A stretch of DNA of 64,000 nucleotides. Origin: a bacterium (lineage in GTDB: Bacteria; Zhuqueibacterota; Zhuqueibacteria; Residuimicrobiales; Krinioviventaceae). Shown here piece by piece: positions 20,538 through 30,500 of the stretch. The notes below the pieces were generated by a model that worked only from the letters and a program-made list of their open reading frames with translations, searched no databases and was not told the DNA's origin. A program made the position numbers and the translations under genes. The stretch covers positions 640,001-704,000 of the forward strand of contig CAXXMD010000002.1 in assembly GCA_963675755.2 (NCBI GenBank), written 5' to 3'. Numbering within the stretch: position 1 is the stretch's first letter; each line of letters begins with the position of its first letter.

Positions 20538-20765
20538 ATGCCTATCTATGAGTATAAATGCAACGCATGTGGACACGTTTTTGAAGAATTTCAAAGTGTT
20601 GGTGCAAGCGGAAAGGACTTGAATTGTCCATCTTGTGGGTCACCTGCACCAGATAAATTGTTTTCCGCATTTGCATCCAGCGGAAATGGTGGAACAAGCT
20701 TTTCAACCGGCAGCACAAGTACCGGTTCATCAGGCTGCAGCAGTGGTTTTGGTTGAGGATTTTAA
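20538..20765 (+). CDS. FmdB-family zinc-ribbon protein with a probable C-terminal selenocysteine (…GCSSGFG-U-GF); ends at 20756 if UGA is a stop
   Basis: MPIYEYKCNACG..CPSCG zinc ribbon; Gly/Ser tail; TGA 20754-56 followed by GGA TTT TAA and a SECIS-like hairpin. Confidence 0.8.
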
Positions 20766-20789
20766 CAAAAGACAGGTTGTCTTGTTAAA
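20761..20789 (+). promoter_or_regulatory. Putative bacterial SECIS element 2
   Basis: TTTAAC-(AA bulge)-AAGACA-GGT-TGTCTT-GTTAAA; GGU loop 18 nt after the UGA; no U-tract, so not terminator-like. Confidence 0.6.
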
Positions 20790-20795
20790 TTGTAC

Positions 20796-20824
20796 TTGAT
20801 TTTGTACATGTCTATTTATACATT
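20796..20824 (+). promoter_or_regulatory. Possible sigma70 promoter for the disulfide reductase operon
   Basis: TTGATT-17 bp-TACATT. Confidence 0.45.
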
Positions 20825-20826
20825 TG

Positions 20827-20853
20827 AACGGCAAGTTTAAGCTTGCCGTTTTT
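20827..20853 (+). terminator. Intrinsic terminator
   Basis: AACGGCAAG-tttaag-CTTGCCGTT-TTT. Confidence 0.7.
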
Positions 20854-20873
20854 ATATGAATGCATGAGAAAAT

Positions 20874-22244
20874 ATGAAAAGAACAGCAAACAAAATAATT
20901 GTAATTGGTGGGAATGATTCCGGATTAAGTGCTGCCGGTAGAGCCAAACGCTTGCAGCCTAACCTTGATATTACTGTGTTTGAACGTTCACCGCATATTG
21001 GCTATGCATCATGTGCACTCCCTTATATGATTTCAGGAGAAATTACTACTCCTCAGTTAGCTGGTCATTCACCTCAGGAAATTCGGGAAAAAAGACAATT
21101 CAATGTACACAATCATACTGTAGTTAATGCTATTAATACCTTGAAGAAAACTGTTGTTGCACAAGATTTACAATCTGACAGCATTCAAGAGTTCAAGTAT
21201 GATAAACTTTTATTAGCTACCGGGGCAGAACCGGTTATACCTACGCCCTTGAATGCCAATCAAAAAAATGTTTTTGTATTACGAAATTATAATGATGCGT
21301 TGAAAATCAAGTCGCATCTGGATTCATACACTCCCAAAACAGCGGTTATTGTAGGTGGCAGTTATATTGGTATTGAAATGGCAGAAGCGTTATATCAAAA
21401 AGGATTGAATGTAACAGTAATTGACAAAGCCCCTCAATTATTTTCTGGACTGGTTGAACCATTATCCAAAGATCTTCAAGTATTGCTTGAAGCAAAAGGT
21501 ATTAATTGTATTATTGGCAACTCAATTCAGTCTATTGGTGAGGATAATGGTTTTGTAAAAAGCTTACATTTGACTAATGGAAAAATAGTAACTCCAGATA
21601 TAATTATCACTGCTGTCGGAATTAAACCGGCCACTCGTATTGCAGCCGATGCAGGTATACCTTTAGGACCTTCTGGTGCTTTGATTGTGAATGATTACAT
21701 GCAAACCCGCAGAATGGATGTTTTTGCCGTTGGTGATTGTGTTGAAACCCGAAATCTGGTTACCAAAAAGATGGAATGGATCCCCCTTGCTGGTATAGCA
21801 TCAAAGCAGGGAAGAATTGCCGGCACCAACCTTGCAGGCAAACGTGTAGCATTCCCTGGAGCTCTGGGTACAGCGATGGTTAAGGCGTTTGGTGTGGAAT
21901 TTGGTTTAACGGGTCTGAATATGAATCAGGCAAAACAAGCTGGCTTTGATCCTGTTTTGTCCAGCATAAACCATAAAAACAAGCCTCCATATGTCGCTGA
22001 CTCTGCAGATGTCTCTGTTCATTTAATAACCGATCGAAAATCAAGCAGGATCTTGGGTGGTCAGGTTTGGGGAACAAATGACGCTGCAATGCGTCTAAAT
22101 ATACTGGCTGTTGCTATAACAGCCGGGATGAAATCACGGGACCTGGAGTTTATGGATTTTGGCTATACTCCAATGATCTCGAATATTTGGGAACCTTTGT
22201 CAGTTGCTGGCAATCGTGCACAAAAAAATGAGGTAGTAAAATGA
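20874..22244 (+). CDS. CoA-disulfide reductase / NADH oxidase family flavoprotein
   Basis: VIGGNDSG FAD motif, GYASCALPY single active-site Cys, LLATGA, IVGGSYIGIEMAE, FAVGDC, C-terminal GYTP..WEP. Confidence 0.85.
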   Translation: MKRTANKIIVIGGNDSGLSAAGRAKRLQPNLDITVFERSPHIGYASCALPYMISGEITTPQLAGHSPQEIREKRQFNVHNHTVVNAINTLKKTVVAQDLQSDSIQEFKYDKLLLATGAEPVIPTPLNANQKNVFVLRNYNDALKIKSHLDSYTPKTAVIVGGSYIGIEMAEALYQKGLNVTVIDKAPQLFSGLVEPLSKDLQVLLEAKGINCIIGNSIQSIGEDNGFVKSLHLTNGKIVTPDIIITAVGIKPATRIAADAGIPLGPSGALIVNDYMQTRRMDVFAVGDCVETRNLVTKKMEWIPLAGIASKQGRIAGTNLAGKRVAFPGALGTAMVKAFGVEFGLTGLNMNQAKQAGFDPVLSSINHKNKPPYVADSADVSVHLITDRKSSRILGGQVWGTNDAAMRLNILAVAITAGMKSRDLEFMDFGYTPMISNIWEPLSVAGNRAQKNEVVK

Positions 22245-22444
22245 AGAAACATATTTTAAAAATGAGTATCGGTGCAGTAATAGGTGGTGCACTTGGATTT
22301 GCTTATTATTATTTTATCGGTTGTAAATCCGGAAGTTGTCCGTTAACCGGTAATCCATATATTAGTTCGCTTTATGGTGCTGCGATGGGACTCTTGTTGA
22401 CCATGCCTGGTACCAAAAGAACTGAAACCAATCAAGAATCATAA
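22241..22444 (+). CDS. Small membrane protein with a GCxSGSCPLT motif (DUF6132-like)
   Basis: GALGFAYYYFIGCKSGSCPLTGNPYISSLYGA between two TM helices; ATGA overlap. Confidence 0.75.
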   Translation: MKKHILKMSIGAVIGGALGFAYYYFIGCKSGSCPLTGNPYISSLYGAAMGLLLTMPGTKRTETNQES

Positions 22445-22465
22445 ATTTGACCAACAGAGGAGTGT

Positions 22466-23593
22466 ATGCGGAAATTATCCATCCTGATTATTCTGGTTTT
22501 ATATGTCGTCCCGGTCACTATTGCTCAAAACATTTCAACTGTTCAGGATTGTAATTCCTGTCATACACAAGCTTTTAAACAATGGTCCAAATCAAGACAT
22601 GCCAAATCTGCAGCTGTTAACAGTCCCATCTACAAAGCAATGCTCAATTCCACCTCTACTGAGAATGTTAAAGCGTGTCAAACATGCCATGAACCCGTTG
22701 CTGCACTTGATCAAACCGGATTTGTTTCAAAATCTTTGGTAAATCAAGGCGTGAATTGCGATGTTTGTCATGCGTTCAAGGTTGAAGAAAAACATAAAAA
22801 ATTTACATTTGTTCCGGTAGAGGGCACCAAGAAATTGGGTCCGTATGATGATGCAGTTTCAACTATGCATCAACACGAATATTCCAAAGATCTAAGTGAA
22901 TCAAAATCCTGTTTAATATGTCATAATAACCGACAAAATCCTCATGGTGTCGGATTTATTGATACGGAAGCAGAATGGAAAAAATCGGAATATTATAAAA
23001 ATAATATTGAATGTCAGGATTGCCATCTTCCCGCAATTAGTGGTAAAACAGCTGAACTTGGTAAAATTCGTGATAAAGTTTACAGTCATCGATTCTGGGG
23101 CGGTTTTACCAAAGAAATGATTCAAAGCAGTATTTCTCTTAATCTGGATGTAAATAAGACTGGCAATCATTATGAATTGATGGCAATTTTAAAGAATTTA
23201 ACAGCAGGCCATAATATACCAACCGGCTCTCCATTGCGTATGCTTGTACTTACCATAGAAGCTCATGATGATCTTGGGCAAACCGTATGGAAAAATTACT
23301 ATTATAATCCCATTGAAGAGTCACCCAAGTCAGTATTTATGAAATTACTGAAAAATAGTAACGGTGAAAGTCCTGCATTCCCATGGGAAGCAGCTGGAGA
23401 GGTTTTTGATAATCGATTAGAGCCTCAAAAAGAGAAAATTGTCAAATATCAGATACCTGCAGCAAACATTCAATCTATTAAAGCAACCCTTGAATACCAC
23501 ATTGCTCCACCACCATTATTAAGAATTATGGGAATTGTTAATGATGATTTTAATAGCAAGCAGGTTGCAACTGCATTTTATAGAATTGATTAA
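22466..23593 (+). CDS. Periplasmic multiheme (5 CxxCH) cytochrome c, c554-like
   Basis: Signal peptide; CNSCH, CQTCH, CDVCH, CLICH, CQDCH; HRFWGG and AGHNIPTG; GAGGAG RBS. Confidence 0.85.
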   Translation: MRKLSILIILVLYVVPVTIAQNISTVQDCNSCHTQAFKQWSKSRHAKSAAVNSPIYKAMLNSTSTENVKACQTCHEPVAALDQTGFVSKSLVNQGVNCDVCHAFKVEEKHKKFTFVPVEGTKKLGPYDDAVSTMHQHEYSKDLSESKSCLICHNNRQNPHGVGFIDTEAEWKKSEYYKNNIECQDCHLPAISGKTAELGKIRDKVYSHRFWGGFTKEMIQSSISLNLDVNKTGNHYELMAILKNLTAGHNIPTGSPLRMLVLTIEAHDDLGQTVWKNYYYNPIEESPKSVFMKLLKNSNGESPAFPWEAAGEVFDNRLEPQKEKIVKYQIPAANIQSIKATLEYHIAPPPLLRIMGIVNDDFNSKQVATAFYRID

Positions 23594-23607
23594 AAAGTTC
23601 GAGATAT

Positions 23608-23643
23608 AAAAAAAGCCCTTGAAAAATTTTCAAGGGCTTTTTT
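23608..23643. terminator. Bidirectional intrinsic terminator
   Basis: A7-GCCCTTGAAA…TTTCAAGGGC-T6 between convergent genes. Confidence 0.8.
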
Positions 23644-23646
23644 GTT

Positions 23647-26019
23647 TTAATGACTCAGTTGTAACCTAATAATAAAGTTCCTGCCAGGTTCTATTGTTAC
23701 CAAACCACGATTTGTTGATAAATGATTCCGATAACTGTTGTCGGTTATATTTTCTATTCCAACAAGCAGATAGCTTGTAAATGTTAACCAATGAAAATGA
23801 TTGGTCCGAAGGTAAGCATTGTAATAAGCATAACCCTCTGTTTCAGTTTCCCAATCTGCAATTTGGTCCTGCTTTCCATATAAATTGGCAACCAGCTCAT
23901 AATTGACAAAGTTGAAGTTACCGGTAATTCCCAGCTTTCCATTAATTGGAGGGACAAGGGGGAGAGGTGTATTGTTATATGTATCCTGTCCATGTACATA
24001 GGCAACATTTCCAAAGACAGAGAACAATCTGTTAAAGGTATAAGCAGTTTGTGCTTCAATACCATACAATTCTGCTTTACCAACATTGGTTTTATACAAG
24101 GCATTTTTGCCTTCAAATGTTCCTGGCGATTCAACAACAAGATTAGTCATATTGTTATAAAATACATCCGTGCTGAATGTAAACCTGTCCTGCCATATAC
24201 GTAATCCTGCATTAACAAAATTTCCCTGTTCCGGTTCAAGATCAGGATTACCAATTTTGACCAGACTTCCCTGATCAATATATTGATAGCGTTCTTCCAG
24301 GTATGGAGAACGAAATGCTTTACCTAACGAAAATGCAAGATCGAAATCCGGAAGCAAGTGATACAACAATCCCAGGTTCCCACTCCAGGATTGATCTCCT
24401 GCGTTTGTAGCTTGCCACAAAACAGTTTGATTGGCAGGAGCATCATTCCTTACACCATCAACAATCTGGTATAAAGGATTCAACACTTGTTCATTTTCAA
24501 CATTTATCTTATCATAGCGTCCACCAATAGATACATCCAGTTTTTTTGCGAGTGTAAATTCATCCTGAGCATAAATACCAATACTGCGGTACCATGCATC
24601 AGGAAGTGGTTGTTCACCAACAACCTGATAAATACTTTTAATTACATCTTGATTTGCATTTAATACATCAACTCTGATATTTTTTTCTCTATGACTGGAG
24701 AGGTCTTTTTGCCAGGCGTCAATCCCTGCAACCAGGTGGTTGTTACCATTAAAAATCCAATCGGATTGTAGCTGTACACCTTGTGTTTCATGAAATGCAC
24801 CTGGTGTTACACTCAAAACGTTGGCATTTTTAGCAGGTGAACCTTCTGATGCCGGAATATTATTCACAATATAAGGCTCATTTATAACTTCGCGAACAAT
24901 ATCTTGTTTGAAATATTTTACAGACAGGGTGGAGAGTGCTTTACGTTGAAAATGTGCTGTATATTTTGCACTCAACATTTCCCGCTCTTCTTCAGGATAT
25001 GTAACTGTAGCATTTGTAGGAAATACAGGATACGCACCTGGGATTCCAACATCTTTAGCGTAAAATTTTTGGTAATTGATATTTATTTCATGATTACTGA
25101 ATGGACGAACACCTAACTTGACACTGGTATTCTCATCATGAAATTGTGAATTGGGGATTATGCCTTCGGGTGTGTCCACATCATCTGCATTTCTGGCCAT
25201 TCCACTCAGACGCAAATACCACTTTGATGCACCTGCTGTAATTGCTGCCTGGCCAGTTCCACTGTTATTCACACTCGAATACCCACCTGTGAGCTGTTCC
25301 TTGATATAAAATTGATCACTGTACCAACCATTTTGAGTCAAAATGTTTACAACACCACCAATGGCACCGGTACCGTATAGGGAAGAGGCTGCACCTTTAA
25401 TAACCTCAATTTGTTCAACATCATTTATATCTACCATAGACATGGCAGCAGCCATATCTGTTGCGGTGTCAACACGATTGCCATCAATCAAAAATACAAC
25501 ATTATTTCGACTGAGTCCTCGTAACGCGACATGACTTCCCCAGGCCCCATCTTTGGATATTGATAAACCTGGTTCACGATCCATTGCATTAGATATATCA
25601 ATGGGTGAGGTTTCCTGAATTCGCTGCTTTCCTACAACGCTCATAGGTTGTGCAACGTCTTTGATCTCTTTTTCATACCTGGAAGAGGTTACAACAACCT
25701 GGCTGCCTGAAAGTGTTTCTGCTACAAGCTGAATATCAAGTCTTATGTTTTTGGTTGTTTCAATTCTTACTTTTTTGGTTTGTTTCTTGTAACCAATATG
25801 GGAAAAAGCGATTTCATAAAGTTTTCCATTATCCAGCAAAAGTTCATAATCACCCTTGACATTGCTGGTTGTACCCATATCACTGTCAATTATTTGTACA
25901 TTTACATTTTGCAAAACCTGGCCATTTTCCGTATCTGTTACAGTGCCATCAAGTTTAACAGTTTGAGAAAATACGATAGTCGAAAATACAACAATGATGA
26001 ACACAATTAAGCGCTTCAT
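23647..26019 (-). CDS. TonB-dependent outer-membrane receptor with an N-terminal carboxypeptidase-regulatory-like domain
   Basis: Signal MKRLIVFII; plug motif IEVIKGAASSLYGTGAIGGVVNI; GNPDLEPE; C-terminal ENITDNSYRNHLS..PGRNF. Confidence 0.9.
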   Translation of the reverse strand: MKRLIVFIIVVFSTIVFSQTVKLDGTVTDTENGQVLQNVNVQIIDSDMGTTSNVKGDYELLLDNGKLYEIAFSHIGYKKQTKKVRIETTKNIRLDIQLVAETLSGSQVVVTSSRYEKEIKDVAQPMSVVGKQRIQETSPIDISNAMDREPGLSISKDGAWGSHVALRGLSRNNVVFLIDGNRVDTATDMAAAMSMVDINDVEQIEVIKGAASSLYGTGAIGGVVNILTQNGWYSDQFYIKEQLTGGYSSVNNSGTGQAAITAGASKWYLRLSGMARNADDVDTPEGIIPNSQFHDENTSVKLGVRPFSNHEININYQKFYAKDVGIPGAYPVFPTNATVTYPEEEREMLSAKYTAHFQRKALSTLSVKYFKQDIVREVINEPYIVNNIPASEGSPAKNANVLSVTPGAFHETQGVQLQSDWIFNGNNHLVAGIDAWQKDLSSHREKNIRVDVLNANQDVIKSIYQVVGEQPLPDAWYRSIGIYAQDEFTLAKKLDVSIGGRYDKINVENEQVLNPLYQIVDGVRNDAPANQTVLWQATNAGDQSWSGNLGLLYHLLPDFDLAFSLGKAFRSPYLEERYQYIDQGSLVKIGNPDLEPEQGNFVNAGLRIWQDRFTFSTDVFYNNMTNLVVESPGTFEGKNALYKTNVGKAELYGIEAQTAYTFNRLFSVFGNVAYVHGQDTYNNTPLPLVPPINGKLGITGNFNFVNYELVANLYGKQDQIADWETETEGYAYYNAYLRTNHFHWLTFTSYLLVGIENITDNSYRNHLSTNRGLVTIEPGRNFIIRLQLSH

Positions 26020-26068
26020 GAGAGAGTTCCTTTCATAAATGTAAAAAAATTCAAATTCAATAATAAGA

Positions 26069-26332
26069 TTACGATTCTTTTGCAAAAGCAGATTTTACTG
26101 TTACATTTGGTATCTGACCAATCTTTCCGGTCATTGCTCCAATCTCATCAGTACTGCCTTCTACAATGAGAGAGATAATTGAAAGATTTTTTTCACGATA
26201 AGGTAAACCCAGTCTACCAATTATAGTAGACGAATAATCATGAAGTATTGTGTTAAGGGGTTGGTAGGCAGTATTTTGATCATTCACAATGATCGCAATA
26301 ACACCCAGTCTGCGGTTGTCTTGTGTTGGCAT
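26069..26332 (-). CDS. TM1266-family ACT/NikR-C-like putative regulator
   Basis: RLGVIAIIV..LNTILHDY..IIGRLGLPY..SIISLIVEG..IGAMTGKIGQI..VKS; GGAGG RBS. Confidence 0.8.
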   Translation of the reverse strand: MPTQDNRRLGVIAIIVNDQNTAYQPLNTILHDYSSTIIGRLGLPYREKNLSIISLIVEGSTDEIGAMTGKIGQIPNVTVKSAFAKES

Positions 26333-26383
26333 TTTTCCTCCATGTTAGGAACAAGTCCCTTCATTTAAGATGAATGATTTATG

Positions 26384-26608
26384 TTAGAATGGTGAAACGG
26401 TTATCCGCTTTGCCATACCACGTCCAATGGCGTATTCACTATTATCACTTGAAATAATAATAGGGCCACCCAGAGGACCGCTACGGACTACAGAAATCGT
26501 ATCACCAATATTGATTCCCATATTACGTAATCTTGATGAAAAACCTTTGCCGCCTTGAATTTCTTTGATAACTACTTTGGTGCCGGCATTGACCTGATCT
26601 AAACTCAT
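26384..26608 (-). CDS. feoA: FeoA ferrous iron transport protein A
   Basis: RLRNMGINIG..GPI..AIGRGMAKRI SH3-like FeoA pattern. Confidence 0.88.
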   Translation of the reverse strand: MSLDQVNAGTKVVIKEIQGGKGFSSRLRNMGINIGDTISVVRSGPLGGPIIISSDNSEYAIGRGMAKRITVSPF

Positions 26609-26759
26609 AATTAACTACTTTATTATTATGCAAGATTTAACTTACGCATTTTAAACCTTATTTTCAACATTTTTTTAAATGGTTGCAAATGAATAAATCT
26701 TGACTATGTTGTAACGATTCTATATATTTAATTGATTTAATAATATCAAGGTAATATAT

Positions 26760-27389
26760 ATGAAAAAGATTGTTTTCTTTTTGATGCTCATCATGCTAAT
26801 AGGATGCAAGGTTTCTAACCTTGAAATCAAAAATGCTTTTTCAAAACATGAAATTTCTATCATGTTATTACCCGATGAGCAATTGTTCCTTGCCAAAGAT
26901 ACATTGCAAATCGAATACCAGGGGAACACGAACGAACTTTATTTTTACTTGAATTCATCTTTGACGGTTAAGAAAATTGAAATTGGCAAACAAGATGTGA
27001 GTTTTGAATTGGTTCAAACACCCATTGCATTTGAATTACCAACCAAAGATTCTGTTCTGTACAAGATTGATTTGCCCAAATCTCTATTTCCAAATTCAAT
27101 TGATATTTGGTATGAAGGTTCGTATCCAATAGTTAGGGAACAATTGGCATTTGATGACATTCAAGATAATACAATGCTGCTAGACGGTAGAAATTGCTGG
27201 TATCCATTTACTCCGAATAGAAAATCAAGTTTTACTGTTAAAGCATTAACCATGGATAGAGACAGCACCATAACTTGTAATGCAGATCTTGTTTGTATGG
27301 AAAAGAATGATCTCTGTCTTTTGAGTTATTGGGAACAAACCGAACCAATAAGCTATTTGGATTTTTATTTACCCGGGAATGAACAATAA
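26760..27389 (+). CDS. Lipoprotein resembling the N-terminal beta domain of M1 aminopeptidases, without a catalytic domain
   Basis: Lipobox LIGC; LYFYLNSSLTV, IWYEG, WYP motifs; no HEXXH. Confidence 0.5.
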   Translation: MKKIVFFLMLIMLIGCKVSNLEIKNAFSKHEISIMLLPDEQLFLAKDTLQIEYQGNTNELYFYLNSSLTVKKIEIGKQDVSFELVQTPIAFELPTKDSVLYKIDLPKSLFPNSIDIWYEGSYPIVREQLAFDDIQDNTMLLDGRNCWYPFTPNRKSSFTVKALTMDRDSTITCNADLVCMEKNDLCLLSYWEQTEPISYLDFYLPGNEQ

Positions 27390-27533
27390 AAAATGTATTC
27401 AAGAGATTTTAAAAATCTCATGATTTATTGCTACACCTTTATCATTCAAATAATACAATTTAAAAATTACATATTCTGCACAACCAGTAAATTTTGAGTA
27501 GTTATTAATGACATGTAATCCTATCACAACAAA

Positions 27534-30500
27534 ATGAGGGCAAAATTGAAAAAACTATTTCTAGTAGTTATGATATTTTATAGTACCTGCTTATTTGGTT
27601 TGGATGTACAGGGTACCATAGAGTCAGATGTAACCTGGACTGCTGCAAATTCACCATATAATTTTACCGGTGATGTATACGTTCAATCCTCTACACTGAC
27701 AATAGAAGAAAATGTTGTTGTTAATTTAAATGGTAACAATTTATATGTTACCTATAAATATATTGGTGATGGTGTTTATACAACTTATCCTGGAAAATTA
27801 AATGCTACAAATGTAGAATTTAATAGTAGTGCTTCATCTCAATCTACTTTGATTTTTGATGGTCATAAATATGATGGTACAATTTACCATGCTGATGGAA
27901 CCCTAACAAATTGTACATTTGTTAATGTAAAAATTGATATTCAAAAATATTCAAAACCTTCACTCATTTCTTGTGCTATGACGGGTGCAAACGCCACTGC
28001 TGCAATTACTGCTCAAAATGGAAGTTTTCCCACAATCCAACAATGTACAATTTCCAATTACACTTTTCCCATGAGTATTATTTCCGGCAGCCAGCCGGTT
28101 TTGCTAAATAATAATTTTACGGGCTGTTTGAATGAAAAAATATTGCTTTCAGGGGATTTTACTCAAAGGTTATATATAAACCAGGAATATATAGAGTTGA
28201 GTGATAATTATACACTGCCCAATAATGGATACACCTATGTACTGTTGGACGATATTAATATCAAGGGCGTAAAATTTACAATTGCATCCGGTAATGTTTT
28301 AGAAATGGATGGTAATTCAATTTTCGTAAATTATATTCTATATTCACAGGAAAATGAGTTGTTTACCAGCCAGCTTTTAGCAGATGATGTTTCATTTGTT
28401 GGGGATGATGATCTTTTATCTACCATAGAGTTTGAAGGATACCGGCTCGATGAAATTAATTACTGGACCTATGGTACATTAAATGCCTGTCATTTTGATA
28501 AAGTCCAGATTAATAGTGCCTGGTATTCGAGTCCCAATATTACAAATTCAGAGTTTGTATCCAACCTGGATGGTGTTGCAATCTCTTGTGAGCATGGAGG
28601 ACAACCGGTTATTCTTGGCAATTCTTTTTCAAGTTATTTGTATCCCATTGGTGTTTACTCACATGGTAATCCAACTATTCAAACCGGTAATACATTTGAC
28701 TGTGTGAATAATTCTATTGCTGTATCAGGTGATTTTGAACCTGTTTACAGCTATAAAAACAACACTCACACATTCCCCAGTGTTTATACTTTTAACAATA
28801 ATGGTATTCCTTACCAACTGGATGGAGATTTAAATTTTTCGGGTAAAAACATATCAATCCCGACGGATACAGAATTTAATCTCAATAACCACAATCTAAA
28901 CATTCAACCCTCTATTGGTGACATTAACTATACCGGAACAGTGGATATCAACAAAAGTGTATTTACAAACCTAAATGCATTGGGTTCTATTAATATTTAT
29001 GGTGTTGTTGATAATGATAATCCAATTATTGTTAATGTTGATGTTGACAGCAGTAGTTTTGAAAATATCATTTTTCATTGTTATCACACTTCAGAACCGA
29101 GATTCACAAATAATAATTTTGATTCTGAATTTAATGGAACTGCCATCATTTCTCACTATGGCAGCAGCCCTGTGATTGATATGAATACCTTTGATGGTTA
29201 TGATCTTGCATTTGGTATTGAAGGATTTGGAACTCCGGAATTATCCAACAATGATATTGATAATTGCCAATACGCGGGAATGGGTATATCCGGTGAATTT
29301 AAACAGCAGTATTATGATTATGATTTGAACGAATATTATGTCATGTCTGATTCGTTTTATATCGACACTTTTGGATATCCGTACTTTTTATCAAACGATA
29401 TGACCGTTAAAGGCTGTACAGTAACATTTGCATCCGATCTGCAGGTTAATTTAAATGGAAACAATATTATTATCAACTATGATTATCTGGATGCATCAAC
29501 ATGTGTTTCTGGGATTTTGTACGCTAATCAGGTAAAATTATTAAATACTGACGAACAATTTTCATCCATTGAATTGGATGGTACAGAGTATTTGGGGGTG
29601 GGTTATTATTCTCAATGTTACATTGATGAATGTACCCTTGATAATATCAATTTCAATGTACAAAGCTATGCAAAACCTGTAATCGAAAACAATACAATAT
29701 TTGCAAATTCAGGTACCGCAGCTACTTTGAAATTTGGTTCCGGTATTACTCTTTTAAACAATATTATCTATGGTTTTGAAAACGGGATCACAATTGCCAA
29801 TGAATGTGATCCTTTAATTGAATATAATGATTTTATTGAATTCTCGGGACTTGCGATCAATAATACATCCAATTCTGCCATAGATGCTTTTAACAACTAT
29901 TGGGGAGACCCCAGTGGTCCATCTCACAGTTCTAATCCAGAGGGAACAGGAGTTAGTATCTCTGATAATGTTAATTTTGATCCTTTTTCTAACCGCGCAA
30001 TCAATACATTGCTGCCTGCTGTAGTGATTAATGAAATCATGTACAACCCTGTAGAATCACCACTTGATTCAACACAATTCATAGAACTTTATAATAGTGA
30101 TACGGTTGCTGTAAATTTGCAAGGATGGACCATAACCAATTCTGTTGAATTTGAATTTACAGAAGAAACAATTCTTGAACCCAATGGATATTTGGTAATT
30201 GCTCATCATCCACCATCAATTCAGGATTTTTACGGTCCGGTAGATAATATACATCGATGGGAGTCCGCAAGCTTTGCTGATAATCAAGGTACTATAACTA
30301 TAAATAATGCTGATGGATTTCAGGTTGATCATGTCTTTTTTGATGCTGCAGATCTGTGGCCGTCAAAAGCAAATGGTTTGGGACCTTCAATGGAGCTTGA
30401 AAATTATAATATAAATAATAATGATGCGTCTAACTGGTCAGCATCAAATGAAATATTCAGTCCATACGGAACTCCCGGCAAGCTGAATTCTGCCTGTACA

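Noticed and set aside
26609-26759. Fur/DtxR box upstream of feoA
   Set aside because: AT-rich, but no convincing 19-bp palindrome; the CAAGATTTA/TAAATCTTG inverted pair is too widely spaced to call
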